Below, in pieces: positions 42,386 through 57,904 of a DNA stretch of 64,000 bases. The position numbers and the translations under genes were made by a program. Within the stretch, counting starts at the first letter, position 1; every line of letters begins with the position of its first letter. The notes below the pieces were generated by a model. The model made no database searches and was not told where the DNA came from. It saw nothing but the letters and a program-made list of their open reading frames with translations. The stretch is from the human T2T-CHM13v2.0 reference genome, Homo sapiens, in NCBI RefSeq assembly GCF_009914755.1, contig NC_060927.1. One strand, written 5' to 3'.

Positions 42386-43665
42386 TTAACAATAGGGCCA
42401 GCATTTGTCACCCAAATCAGTGATCAATGAAATCACCTCATAAGGCACCATCCTCATGCTGGCTTCCTCCCTCCTCAGCTCTTCCACAACATGTCCTACT
42501 GTCACCTGATTGACAGCTTCCCCTCTGTCTCTTCCTTTAGTCTGTACCTCTTCGGGTATAAGGACTAGGTCCTCTGCATCTCTGAGTCACCACAGTAAGC
42601 CTAGTGCCTGCGGTAGCATGCATTTAATAAACACTTGCTTACTGCCTTCAGAGTCTGCAGCACATGTTTAAAAACATTCCCTAATCCTCTGAAGGTGACT
42701 TAATCTTGTTATCATTCTTCCTTACTCTGTGCCCAGCTCAGTGTTAAGCACTGGGGATAACAAGACAACCCTGGAGCCTGTCCTCAAGAAGCTTTTGACT
42801 TTATTCCCTAAACCTGAGAACATAAGATACATTCCCCCATATTCCTAATACTTACTCTTTGGTATGTTCTAATTCTAAATGATGGTGTCATTGCATTCTA
42901 ATTCCACATTACAGAAGATTTGTGGATTGCCCTGATTCAGCTGTGGGGTAGACAGCACCTTGCTTCTGTTCCAAAATAACCTCTATTATTTTTGATTATT
43001 CAAATAATATATACTTATTGATAAATTTTATAAAACGAATTTCATGTCAAAATTTGATATGTTTTCTTAGGTAATTTTTTCTGTACATACGTGAATATAT
43101 CTGTAATTATAACATTAAGAAGCATCTTCTGTTTTCTCATAGAAACAATGTTATAATTGGGATTGTCTTCTGATTTGGATTTCAGCATTTTATACATTGC
43201 AGAGGCCACAAATGATGTACCATAAAATACTGCCACAACTACAAATTTCTATAATCTTTAAAAATTATAAAATGAATAGTAGGTCCTTTAACATGAGTAA
43301 TGATCATAATTCCTACTGCAGATGTTATCCAAAATTATAGTGAGGACACAGAGGCTTCCAAGCCACCGAGTGCTGCTGTTAATTTTTTTCATGAGGTGAG
43401 CATTCTTGGAACTAAAGAATTCCCTTCCCAGACTACCAGGGAGAGAAATCTCCAGGATCACTAGAACAATGCCTTTTCAGTGCCTGATTGCATTCCCAGC
43501 AAAGTTGGTGCTCATAGCCCCAGTCTCCATGTCTGGCCAGTTATGGAACTGATATGAATGGGGTCTTAGAGACCAGTTAAACCATAATTCCTCATATTCC
43601 ATAGTTCAAATGGTAAGCCTCTCTGGGTTTCTAGTATCTCATATATCATTAATCCTATATTCCTT

Positions 43666-43711
43666 CTTCTACTATGACCTCCTCTACTATGACCTCCTTC
43701 TACTATGACCC
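43666..43711. repeat. Short tandem repeat (ctactatgacctcct) x3
   Basis: Directly visible. Confidence 0.9.
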
Positions 43712-43799
43712 TTGTTTCCTAAGAAAACTTCCTACAATTTCCTTTGGAGTTCTCACTTTATGTAAGAAAATGGCCAAACCTTTTATTTATGATAAGATC

Positions 43800-46090
43800 A
43801 TAGGTTATTTGGAACAACATCCCACTAGAAATGACTTTTTTGAAAAGCTAAATCTACATTTAAGACTCTTAAAAACATCCAAAAGCTGAGAAGACAGCAA
43901 GGAACGCCAAAACTGAAGAGAAAATGAGAACCTAGTGAGTTAAATAAGCAGAAAAGCGACTGAGCGCATTTGCCTTATTCTGAAAAGTTTAAACTTCAGT
44001 ATTGATGTCCTTGTGGGGCAAAAGGAATATTTATCAATCCCAAGACCTGCACAAGATGAAGGATCTAACAGGAGACACACAAATATGCCCATAGTAAGCT
44101 AGAACCTCAGAGGACTACAGCCTCAGGATAAGGCTGACCTGGCTCATTCTGGGAACTACAATTCTTAAATTTGATATAATGTGGTCCTTGACTATTAGTG
44201 GAAAAAGATCCCAAGCACAGAAAATTCTCTCTGGAGAGTCATCCTAAGCCTTCAATTGTAAACTCTAATTTTTTCCAAATATAATGGTAAGCACACAATC
44301 ATAGTTAACAACTTGAGAGCAATATGCACCAGAATAAATAAAAATCACATGCAAGACTTCATATATTGAAATTGTCAGACAAAGACCATATGTTTATGAT
44401 GTTTAAAGTTACAAAGACAAGCTTGAAAATATCTGCAGGGACAAGAAAACCATAAAAAGCAAAATAACACATTTCAAAAAGAACCAAATAGAACTCCTGT
44501 GAAAGAAAAATGCAATCCACAAAGAAAAATTTAGTGAATAAATGTAGGTTCATTCAGCCTCCAGATGGCATCCAGCTTTCTCTTCAGCTATCCAGACATA
44601 GCCAAAGAGAAAACTGGTGAACTGGAATATAAGCCAGAAAAAGTATCCACAGTGTAGCAAATAGAGACATAAAAATGAGAATCACAGAAGAGAAGAAAAG
44701 AAACATAGAGGATAGACCGAAAAGTCTACTACACGTGTAATTGGTATCAGAAGAAGCTAGATATAATGGGGCAGAGATTATAGTTGAAGAGATAATGGCT
44801 GAGAATATTCTAGAATTCAAGAAAGCTATCAATCCACAGATTCAAGAATCACTACAACTCTTAAGCAATATAACTAAAATGTCAGACACATCATAATGAG
44901 TGACATGGGTTGGCTCTGTCCCCACCCAAATCTCATTTTGAATTGTAGCTCCCATAATCCCCAGTGGGAAGTAATTGAATCATGGGGGCGGGTCTTTCCC
45001 ATGTTGTTCTCATGTTAGTGAATAAGTTTCATAAGATCTGATGGTTTTATAAAGGGGAGTTCCCCTGCACACATTCTCTTGCCTCCCACCATGTAAGACA
45101 AGACTTTGCTCCTACTTCACCTTCCACCATGATTGTGAGGCCATACCAGTCATGAAGAACTGTGAGTCAATTAAACCTCTTTCCTTAATAAATTACCCAG
45201 CCTCAGGTATGTGTTTATTAGCAGCGATTACAGAAAACTGGAGGCAAAGATAACACCTCGAAAAGCATCCAGAGGTGTAAAAAAGACAGATTAACTTCAA
45301 AAGAGTATCTGTTAAACTGGCATATAATTTCTCAACAGCAATACTGGAAACAAGAAGACAATGGAATGATATTTCCACTATGCTAAAAGATTACTGACAC
45401 CTAGAATTTTATACTCATCAAATATACCCCACAAGAGAGTAAAATAAAGACATTTCAAACTAACAAAACAGCAGTGTTGCCACCATCACCCCCATGTGAA
45501 AGGAAATTCTGAAAGGCTCCCCTCACAGTAGAAGAATGATTGCAAAAAGAGGTCTGAGCTGCAAGAAGGAAAAAAGAGCAAAGAAAGTAGGAAGTATGTG
45601 TATAAAGCTAAATGAACACTGACAGTATAAAACAACAATGATAATAATGTCTTTGTGCTTTTAAAATATATAGAATTAAAATATATGATAAAAATAACAT
45701 ATATACCAGGAAAACAGTATCCTAATTTTTTTATTGCTCTTGAGGAGGGTAACGCTAGGTTTTAATATATTAAGGATACAGGTTTTCATATCAAAAGTAA
45801 TGTATAACTTCCAAATGAGTAGACGGGAAAAGTGGAATTTTTAAAAACCCTCAATAAATGTAAAGGAAGGACATAATTGCCCCAAAAGTCAGGATAGTGG
45901 TTAATTCCAGAGGGAAGGGGATGTGATAAAGAGAGAACACACACAGAGTGCTTCTGGGGTGTCAACGATACACTATTTCTTTAACAGGGCAGCAGTTACA
46001 TGGCTATATGCTTTATAATTATTTGTTATGCTGTACATTTAGGTCTTAACGTACTTTTTTCTATGTGTGTTATATTTTATAATAAAAAGA
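43800..46090 (+). mobile_element. Old L1ME/HAL1-like element (5' region, ORF1 remnant, 3' end)
   Basis: ORF1-like aagaaccaaatagaactcc, gataatggctgagaatattctagaatt, agaagacaatggaatgatattt; L1ME-like 3' end at ~45880-46090. Confidence 0.7.
44901..45231 (+). mobile_element. THE1 (C/D-like) solo LTR
   Basis: ggctctgtccccacccaaatctca...gatctgatggttttataaagggg...ctgtgagtcaattaaacctctttcc. Confidence 0.92.
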
Positions 46091-46614
46091 ATAGAAAATG
46101 AGAAACTAATCTTCCCCATACCTTCAACCTCCAAACAAAATAGTCACTCAATCCCCTTTTCTTGCTGGAGCTCTGACTCTCACCCACATCTCTCCTCCCC
46201 TTTCAGGGCCTCAGTGCTGCTTCAAGAGTATAACTCTTCTATTTTCCACTGAAGTCTATGCTGCCTTGCTAAGGCACCCACTGTCCTTTTTGATTTCTAC
46301 CCCCCACACCCCTGCCCCTTTATTGAAGACATTGGCACCTGACTCCCAGCTTTCTCTCTGACTCCGATCCATCTCACACTATCATCACTTCAACACCTAC
46401 ATGGCCAAATCAGCTGACAATCTGGCCTTAAAGTACTTATATCTCCCTTCCCCCAGCTTCAACACTCTGCTCCAATCTAACCACCTATTCTCATGATCCT
46501 ATTTGGACCTTGAAACCCTTTTTAAAATATTTTCTTTTAAAGCACAAAAAAATACAGACTAGTTATAGGAGAAACAGTGTAAATATTAACTTTTTAAAAA
46601 AGAAAGGAACAATA

Positions 46615-46705
46615 TTTCACATTGCATGTCTGTATTAGAACATCTCATGTACCCCATAAATGTATGTACCTACTATGTACCCACAAAAAAATTTAAAAAA
46701 CTAAA
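46615..46705 (+). mobile_element. L1MA 3' end fragment
   Basis: catctcatgtaccccataaatgtatgtacctactatgtacccac(A)n. Confidence 0.85.
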
Positions 46706-48079
46706 AAACAGGAAAAACGGAAAAAAATAAACTCACCCATGATCCACCCTACAGAAATAATAGAACACGGCTGAGCAAGTATGACGCCAGGAGTTTGGGT
46801 GCCTGGGAGAAAGATCAGACCAGTCAATCACAACATGGGCCTGTCCTGTCAGCCAAACCATGTGCGTTGGCACCGTGTGAAAATGTCTCTTGCAGATGAA
46901 TTAATAGACAACAGAGTGTTTTGCTAGGGAAGGCCTTGCAGAGCAGGGGAAAGAACTCCCAGAAGGCCTGGGTTTGGTTCTGGACCCCGACATAAATCAT
47001 CACTTTGACCTTAGCAAGTTGTCTCCTCTCTCTGGTTATATTCCCTCCTCTGTCTGACAAAAGGGTAGACTAACATTTTATCATCCAGAAGACCCACTGT
47101 ATAAATTCATGGCCCTTGTGGTATTGTTGTGCATTTTTAATTAGCACTACTATGATGAACAGCATTTCATCATTTCTACTTTCTGTGCTCCCTTGACACC
47201 TCCATTTCCATTTCCAAAGGATATGGAAACAGCTCGCTTCACTTCAGATGTCAGTACGTATTAACAGCAGGGCACAGGAGATGCACATCTGAACTGGCAG
47301 AGATTAAATAACTGAGGCAGATAAAAAAGCTTTTTATGTTAATGTTCTTACATATCATTTATTGACAATCCAATCCTGTTTAATGCTTTTGAATCTCATT
47401 TTGGGGTTCGTCAGGAGCATGCTGGGACATTATTCACAAGCCATTTTATCCAGATTTCTTGATAAGCAAATGAAACACCTTTGGAGGCTGGCAGGTCAGC
47501 ACTGGCCATATCAGAAGAATTCAGACTCTGTGTGTCTCTGTGTTTGATGTGGGGAGGGCCGATGCTTCCCTGGGTACTTGGTTCGGACAGCTCCCAGGCT
47601 CCGTACATGAGGAGGGTATGAACACTGTCTTCCCCTTACTGAGGCCCTCCAGCCCACTCATTTTTTTTACTCATAGGTTGCATGAATGATTGGCAAAGCT
47701 GATGACGGTGACAGCTCTGTAACAAGCATGGGAGACAGACACACTCCGTGGTCTCTGGGCACATGCATTCAAAAGCAGACATCACACACCACATGGTGAA
47801 TAAGTGAAAGACCTTCAGACAGAATATTAAAATCCCAAGCAAATATGAAGCAGCCTTTATATAGTACATCCAGTCCAGGGTCAAGTAAATTTGTGCATGA
47901 AGAGAGATAGGAGCTGTGGGAATATGAGGTGTGGGGCCTCTGGAATGTGTGCGCCTGCAATCAGAGAGCATCTGGCCCATATTAACCTACACTGCAATGG
48001 TTAATGTAGAAATCTATTAGAAAATGGATGAGGTATTATTATTGCATTTGATTTCAGATTTCTTCATAGTTAATGAAAG

Positions 48080-48290
48080 AGCATATAGCACAGATGTTAA
48101 GAACCCAAGCTCTGGAATTAAGCACAAATCTTACCTCTATGAACTACACTTTCCTCAAGCCTAATGGGGACAATAATAATACCCCCTACCTAAGATAAAT
48201 GTGAAAATTAAATGATAAAACTGCAAATAAAATACTGAATATAGTGCCTAGCATATCCAGGAAACTTACTAGTTATAAGCTATTATCACT
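48080..48290 (+). mobile_element. MIR
   Basis: atagcacagatgttaagaac...taatggggacaataataataccccctacc...atagtgcctagcata. Confidence 0.7.
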
Positions 48291-48759
48291 GTTTTTATAT
48301 TTGGTTATAGATGAATTCCTTTTCAGCTAAAGATAAAGGTTTAGAGATTGAAGCTTCCTTGGATTCCCACCCATCCAACAAACATATTTATAAGATTACT
48401 TTCAACATTATTATTGTTCAACATTATTGTTGTTTATTATAAAGGTGAGTTTCTTAATTTTAAAAAATTCTACCTATTTTAATCTTTATTTTTATTTTCA
48501 TTATTTTGTCCTGTGAGGTTACAAATTTTTTTTTATTCTATATACAGCACAATTAACCCTTGAACAATGTGTACATGGATCTTTCTCTCAGTCGAAAATC
48601 TGCATATAACTTTTGCATATAACTCCCCAAAAACTTAGCTACTAATAGCCTACTGTTGACTGGAAGCCTTACTGAAAACATAAAACAATCAATTAACATA
48701 TATTTTGTATGTCATATGTATTATATATTCTTAACATAAGCTAGAGAAAAGAAAATCTT

Positions 48760-49054
48760 GGCCAGGTGTGGTGGCTCATGTCTATAATCCCAGGAAGGAC
48801 TGTCTTGAGACCAGGAGTTCAAGACCGGCCTGAGCAACATAGCAAGACTCCATTTCTATAAAAAAAAAAAAAAAATTTAATTAGCTAAGTATGGTGGTGC
48901 GTGCCTGTAGTCTAGTCTTAGCTACTCTGGAGGCTGAGGTGGGAGGATCACTTGAGCCCAGGAGTTCAAGGTTACAATTAGCTATATTCACACCACTGTA
49001 CTCCAGCCTGGGCAACAGAACAAGACCCATCTCCAAAAAAAAAAAGAAAAAAAA
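48760..49054 (+). mobile_element. AluJ
   Basis: Dimer with left-arm deletion and long middle A tract. Confidence 0.94.
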
Positions 49055-49078
49055 TGTTATTGAGAAAATTATATGGAA

Positions 49079-49374
49079 GCCAAGCACAGTGGCTCACACC
49101 TGTAATCCCAGTACTTTAGAAGGCTGAGGTGGACGAATCTCTTGAACCCAGGAGTTCGAGACTAACCATGGGAAAACATTGTCTCTACAAAAAATAGAAA
49201 AATTAGCAGGCATAGTGACATGCATCTGTAGTCCCAGCTACTCAGGAGGCTGAGGTAGGAGAATCACCTGAGCCTGGGGAAGTTGAGGCTGCAGTGAGCC
49301 ATGACTCCACCACTGCACTTCAGCCTGGGCTACAGACTGAGACCTTATCCCAAAAAAAAAAAAGGAAGAAAATC
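49079..49374 (+). mobile_element. AluJ
   Basis: Dimer; TSD aaaatYatatggaag. Confidence 0.94.
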
Positions 49375-49944
49375 AAAATCATATGGAAGAAAAAATACAT
49401 TTACAACACTGCACTCTATTGACACCACAGGTTTACATTGTCTGTATATGAGGTGAATGATCTGCCTAAAATGGCAGGCAACCGCAGCTGCAGACCTCAA
49501 TCTGTGGTTCAGATCAAGCAATTCAATTTTTCTTTGCAACATCATGACTTTTCTCCACTTCTTGGGAGCACTTCCAGCATCACTAGTAGCACTTTATATG
49601 AGTCTCATGGTGTTATTCCAGGTTTACATTATTGCACTAAACAGGAAAAATACAGGAGAACTGGGAGAGATCACTTTCTACTGCAATCCACAATTTACTG
49701 GAGAAATGAACTGCTCACTTGGAGATGATTAGCATCACAGTGGCATTTTAAGCAGATACTTGCAACACTTGAGCTCACTGCAATAGTAACAAGAGGCGGC
49801 TACAAAATTGTTACAGTAGTACAGTATTACAGTATTGTTGCAGTTAATTTATGCAGTTATGATAGAATATTGCATCTTTACATTTGTTTACATTTCTCTC
49901 AACTGCAAATAGTGCCATGTACAGTCTGTGTTTGTGTGGGTGGT

Positions 49945-50201
49945 TTTCTTTTTTTTTTTTTTTCTTTTGAGACAGGGTCTTGCTCTGTCACCCAGGCTGG
50001 AATGCAGTGGCAGGATCATGGCTCACTGTAGACTAGAACTCCTGGGCTCAAGCCATCCTCCTACCTCCGCCTCCTGAGTAGCTAGGACTGTGCCTGGCTA
50101 ATTTTTTATTTTTTGTAGAGACAGAGTCTCACTATGTTGCCCAGGCTGGCATAGTGAGACTCTGTCTCCACAAAAAATAAAAAATTAGCCAGGCATAGTC
50201 C
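49945..50201 (-). mobile_element. AluJ whose 5' part is replaced by an inverted copy of its own middle
   Basis: Antisense Alu to 50149, then 50150-50201 is the reverse complement of 50085-50136. Confidence 0.92.
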
Positions 50202-51523
50202 CATTTTAACATTTTATAATAGATTTCTGAATATTTTATGGTAGTAAATGATAGACTAGTGTCTGTGTATATTTTATGCATTTGTGACATACCTTTTTCT
50301 TAATTTTAGAACTACTTCTAGGCTACACAGTTCATCTGCAAGTTTTTACAAATTGTTGCAAATCTCCAAAAAGTTTTCAAATATATTTATTTTTAAAATT
50401 CGCATATAGGTGGATGCTTACAGTTCAAACTGATGTTGTTCAAGGGTCAACTGTATTTAAAAGTTCTTGTAGAAATTTATATGTGGTCTTACTCATTTCC
50501 TTAGTTTATCATTTGTGAAGTAGGTAGCACATAATAATGTGTTTCTTCAGAATAGTTACTTGTCATGTGTCAAAATTATTTTTTAAAAGTATAAACTTAT
50601 ACATAAATATTAGTGTGGTTATTTTCAGTAAAGTCATTTTTTTCTTTCAATAATTCTGTGGATACAAAAATTTAAGGCCATAGGCAGTAAAACTCATAGT
50701 CGGAAAGGGCTATCAATCTTCAGGTAGCCTGAAGGATGTGGCATATTGTCAGTGCTTAATAATAATATATCTTATCATTAACATTGACCTTTTTCGTGGC
50801 CTCTGGAGTTTTATATGCCTTGTCTAGAAGTTGTACCAATTTGCGGAGATAGTTGTGCAAAGTACTTGAATGTGGAAGCCATAGATGCTCACAGCATCGT
50901 CACTGAGGACCTTACACAAATAGATCGGAGGTAGACCAATTCCGGGATTAGTTAATTCAGTCACAGATCATCAAGGGCCCAGTTTCTGCTTTCCATTCTG
51001 CTTTTCTCAGTGTGTCATCTTTATTCTCAGGCTGTTTGTCTTCCTAATAACTCCCCATCCAAACATGAGAATGTCCAGAAAGAGAGGGGGTAACTGGCTT
51101 AGGTGTTCTTTCTAAATTTGCTTCCATAAAAGAAAAGGATTTCACTTTCTTCTCTCCACATACACATAGCCCTTCTCAGTACCCTATCTCCCCAACAGAG
51201 TCATATCACAATTCTACTAGAGACATATTCAGTATTTACATTCTGATGACATCTTAGACATTAGTCAGAAATGAGTCAGAGGCGATACTAGTATTTATAT
51301 TCCCTTTCCTGTACAGCTTTGTGGGGTTTTTTAAAGTTAATAATTACTAATTTTATTTTTAAACATACTTTCTATTGTGTCAATCACAAAGTCTCTGTGG
51401 ATCATCTTAATTCCTCTTAAGGTGTTTAGAAGCGTCAGGTATTCATAAAATCAAAGCCCTGAAGAATTTTCTCTTGGAGACCTCTGACCTCTTGACCTCT
51501 GATCTGAACCGGCATTTGGGGGT

Positions 51524-51841
51524 CTTTCTTTTCTTCTTTTTCTTTTTCTTTTTTTTTTTTTTTTCAAGACAGGGTCCCACTCTGTTGCCCAGGCAGGAGT
51601 GCAGTGGCACAATCACAATTCACTGCAGCCTCGATATCCTGGGCTCAAGTGATCCTCCCACTTCAGCCTCCTGAGTAGCCGAGGCCACATGTGCATACCA
51701 CTACGCCCCGCTAATTTTTTATTTTTTGTAGAGATGGGGCTACATCACCCAGGCTGGTTTTGAACTCCTGGGTTCAAGCCATCCTCTCACCTCAGACTCC
51801 CAAAGTGGTAAGATTACAGGTGTGAGCCACTGCACCTGGCC
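51524..51841 (-). mobile_element. AluJ
   Basis: Antisense dimer; TSD ggtctttcttt. Confidence 0.95.
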
Positions 51842-52190
51842 TAAGGTCTTTCTTTAACATCAGTCTAGATATGCTCTTTCCCTCACTCTTCTTTTAGCTC
51901 TTCTCTTTCTTGGTTGACTCCCCAGTTTTGTGGATGCACCCACCAATAGCCTTCCTAAGAAAGAATGAATCAGAGGTAAATTTACGATATTTTGCAAATG
52001 CCTATCCTCATTTGATTAATAACTTGGTAGGTCGAAAACTAAAGGTTGGAAATTATTCTGTTCCTATATTTTGGAGACATTTCTTCATTTTCTTTTAGTT
52101 TCCAGTTTTGCTGTTGGACAATCCAGAACTGTTCTGATTCATGATCCTTTTCTACATAAGTTGTTTTCTTTTCTCCCTAGACATTTGTAG

Positions 52191-52567
<377 letters not shown>

Positions 52568-53085
52568 AGAGTCTATTTTCATCTATGTTGATGGCCACTC
52601 AGTAGACTCTTTCAATTTCCTTTAGTTCTGGGAAATTTTGTCAAATGATTTCATTGATTATTTCGTCTCCATTTTTTTTTTAGTTCCACATTATAAATCT
52701 TCTTTAAATTACCAATTTAATGAGCAAAAAATAAAAATGTTTAAAGTTTCAATTTTCGTTTCTCTTTGGTAATTAATGATGTTGAGTAGATTTCCATGTC
52801 TTTACTATTTTTATTTCCTATGTTAGTTATCAATTTGTACTCTATTACATTTTCTTCTTGTCTAGTAGGACTATACTTAAACCAACATTGCTACAAACAG
52901 CCTACTTTTAAGTAAAAATTCTTCAGCCATTATTAAAAGTAAAACAAGTAGAAACAAATAAAGAAAACAGTTTGTGTAATCCCACTACCCAACGATATCC
53001 AGCTACAGTAGATATTTTGGTGTTTTCTTCTATCCTTTTTTTCTATGCATATGATTTTGGATGGTGTTATCTGACAATGTTGTGA

Positions 53086-53446
<361 letters not shown>

Positions 53447-53849
53447 TCTATCTTTGTTTTTAAACCTCTAAAGAAGGCATATTTTAATGTGCAAGTCACT
53501 CAATTCTTTTTATACATTTTTTACCAAAAAGCCCTCTCCTGTGAAATTTGAATTTTCAGTATGCCCACTTAGCAGTTGTTCTGAACTCATAGCAGGAAGA
53601 GGGGTGCACCACTGCAGACTGTGTCACCGGAACATTTAACAGTAGTTCTGTGAGCAAAGGGAGTAGATTTAAGATGAGAGTTGTAAAGTTCTGTGACTCC
53701 AGGCTCAGGAGTTCCCCACTTTGGCTGATGACCTCCTGACTGCTCTCTTTCCCTAATGAATTGTACCTACCCCATCTCTGTTTTCTCCATCTAAGGCAGG
53801 TCCTTGCCTTACCTTTCTTTCTGCACTGCCTATTCTAGATCCTAGTGGT

Positions 53850-53933
53850 CCAGATGCTCTCACTCCTTGACCTTCTCCCCCAACATATCTTCATGACTCA
53901 CTCCCTCACCTCCTTTAGGTCTTTATTGCCCAG

Positions 53934-54026
<93 letters not shown>

Positions 54027-54250
54027 CTATACTCCCAATTCCCTATCCCTTGCTCCTTAGTTTCCTTTGTTCCCAAGCACACAATTTTATTGTATTCATG
54101 ATGTATTCTGTTTATTATATATTCCTCATCTCACTTTATCTGTGAACAAAGTTTAGAGATCTTTGTTATGTTCACTGATGTATCCCCAGAATGACTAGGA
54201 CAATGCCTTGTAGACAGTATGTGTTCAATAACTTTTTGTTGAATTAATAG
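53850..54250 (+). mobile_element. L2 3' end
   Basis: catgactcactccctcacctcctttaggtctt; gttcactgatgtatcccca...ttgttgaattaat. Confidence 0.7.
53938..54022. repeat. Compound (CT)n(CA)n microsatellite
   Basis: About 26 CT units followed directly by about 16 CA units. Confidence 0.98.
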
Positions 54251-55368
54251 ATGATTACTCAGAAAGCACCCCAGATGCCTTCACCACCCCACCTTCCTCC
54301 CACTTTATCATTTCAACTTCCGAACTTGAATTTATCCATCATCATTTTCTCAGCCTCTGATGCTGTGGCTTCTGCTATTTTCAGGCTGTTGAGAGTTACC
54401 ATAGAAAATTATAGACATCTGCCAAGTGGATGCACTGTAAAATCGTATTGCTAAACCTCACTTGTGCCTCAGTCATGCCTGACAAACCTTGTATTTATCT
54501 TATGTTACCTCCCCAGCAAACTCCATGCTGTGATGTTCTAAAACACCTTTCCTTTTTGGATTTGCATAGAGTGGGATTTTCAACTCACTCATAGCCAATG
54601 TTCAGACTCCAGCAATTGTTTTCATTTTTGCAATAGGTTCTTCACAGCTCGTCTTTTGTTCCTACTCTTGTTGTCTTCTGTTTTTCTCATCTACTTCTAA
54701 TTTAGGCAATCTTGCTAAATTTCAGGTCTACTCATAAGCTGCCTTAAATTATTATTCTTTTTAAACAGAGAGGTTACACAATTTTATTTTTTAATGTCCT
54801 TAGGTGATGTTTAAAAGCCCTTTGTAAGCTTAATTTTAATGGCTGCATAATATTCCATTATGTGATAATGTACTTAACCTTCACTAATGTTGGACATATA
54901 TTCTTCCATTTATTTCGTTATTACAAAAATCTTAGGACATAGCTGTTATTTTGCATTTCTGCAAATAACTTAGGGTAGACTATCAGATTTACTGGAGTTA
55001 AAAGGTATAAACATTTTAAGACTTAGTGAATGTTGCCAAATTTCTTTTCAGAAAAGTTGCACTGATTTATTCCTACTACTTACAGTGACCATTTCATTAT
55101 ACCTTCACCGGGACTAGGAATTCTCATTTTATAATTATTTTCTAGCTGGATAGACAAAGAATGGTATTTCATTTTAACTGCATCTCTTTGATCATTTGTG
55201 TATATGACTTTTTAAACATATTCATTAGCTATTTGTATTTTTCTTTTTGTGAATTCCTTCTTAATATTTTTTCTATCCATCTACTGAAATGTTCATTTTC
55301 ATGATTATTTTGTCTATGTTCTTAATAAATGTCATGTAGTAATTACATATAATATTTACTAACAATAA

Positions 55369-56069
<701 letters not shown>

Positions 56070-56347
56070 TACACACTGTATGAAAATCTTGTTAGAGCTA
56101 TGTGTCTTTGCCTAGGGATATTTGTCTTTGCTTTTAATCCTAGACAGTCTTCCTTGATCCAAAAATTTGATCATGTATCTTGATTTTAATTTGTATTAGT
56201 TAAACTTTTGTAGAGGTTATTCTTCATATATTGCGTGTGTTAGGACATAAATTTTTCTCCAACCAATTACTCCAGTTTTGGAGATTTAACTGGACCAACA
56301 AATAACAGCCCTTCCCCCTCATGAGTTAGAAACCAATTAAGAGATAA

Positions 56348-56687
<340 letters not shown>

Positions 56688-57904
56688 TAGAATATGTAAT
56701 TTTAGATAAGCAGCCAAAATAGTCTGCTAACATACCTTACCCTGGATTAAGCTGCCTTATTCACACAATTCCAGGCCACGCTCGACCCCTACTGAGTTCC
56801 CTAAGGGCAGGGGCAGAAACTGCCCCTTTAAGAGCCACTGAGCTGAGGCAGACCAGCTTGCAGCCTCTCTGCAAGCAGACAGACCCTGAAAGAGAGGAGG
56901 GGCCTGAGCCACACATTCTATTTCTTCTAAACTCATCAATCAGATATTTCCTTCTTCCTGACCCAAGAAAGAAAATGAGGATTGGGAGAGAACCCAGAAG
57001 TGTAACTGTAGTTGGAGTACATAGAAACACACATTTAGGAAAACAGTTTCTCTCCATTTCTTCCTCAACCCCATGCCCACCCCCAACCAATACCTAGCAC
57101 CATTCATTGGAGAATCCTGCCCTTCCTTCCTGCCTTGTGATGCCACCTTTATCATCGTCATCATATATATCCTATGGGTTCTTTCTGGCCTATCTATTCT
57201 GTCCTGCCAAATTATTCTGGCAGGAGAGACAAACCGATAACATTATTGTTATCTTCTGTTGTGTTTTACTTTCTTGGAAGGCTAAATCCTCCCTACCACC
57301 CTTTATTTACCCTCAAAATGTATTAGTTACTATTGCCTATTTGTCCTCCAGATGCACTCTGGAATGATTTTTGTAATATTCCAAAAATAACACTATTGTG
57401 ATTTTGATTGGAGTCATATTAAACTATAAATTAATTTGGTAGGAATTGACAATCTCATAATATTCGGTTCTCCCATCCAAGAACATGTTATGGCTCTATT
57501 TATTGAAGTAATTTTTTATATCTTGTGGTAAAGTCTTATTATATCTTCATACAAATCTCTCACGTTTCTTGTTAAGTTATTCCTAGGCATTTCATCTGTA
57601 TGGAGATAACTATAACTAACTAGAAATAACAAGAAACATGCTATATTGAGAATGCAATATTTTTCATTATGTTTCCTCTCTGTTTATAGTATCTAGAAAA
57701 TCTGGTAATTTTTCATATGTTTTTCTTTATATGTGTATATTGTCATTCTTTCATATATTGCCATTCTTTTCACTCTTTTATTAATGCCAATACTTTCTCA
57801 TACAATTCCCTTGGGTTTTCTAGACCAGAGCTTTCCTATGAGTGTGCTGCACGCAGCCCTCAGGTGTGGCGAGCATGGGGATCCTGGTGCTCTGTGAGAT
57901 ACTG

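Larger units (their letters stand above)
48550..50453. mobile_element. Tigger2-family (Tigger2b-like) transposon with three nested Alus
   Basis: TIRs caattaacccttgaacaa / ttgttcaagggtcaactg followed by TA; ~1.07 kb after removing the Alus; minus-strand transposase N-terminal remnant (KIELLDLNHRLRSAAAVACHF). Confidence 0.9.

Noticed and set aside
47400-47980. CpG-containing unique patch with short ORFs as a possible exon
   Set aside because: No convincing splice-site pair or protein similarity.
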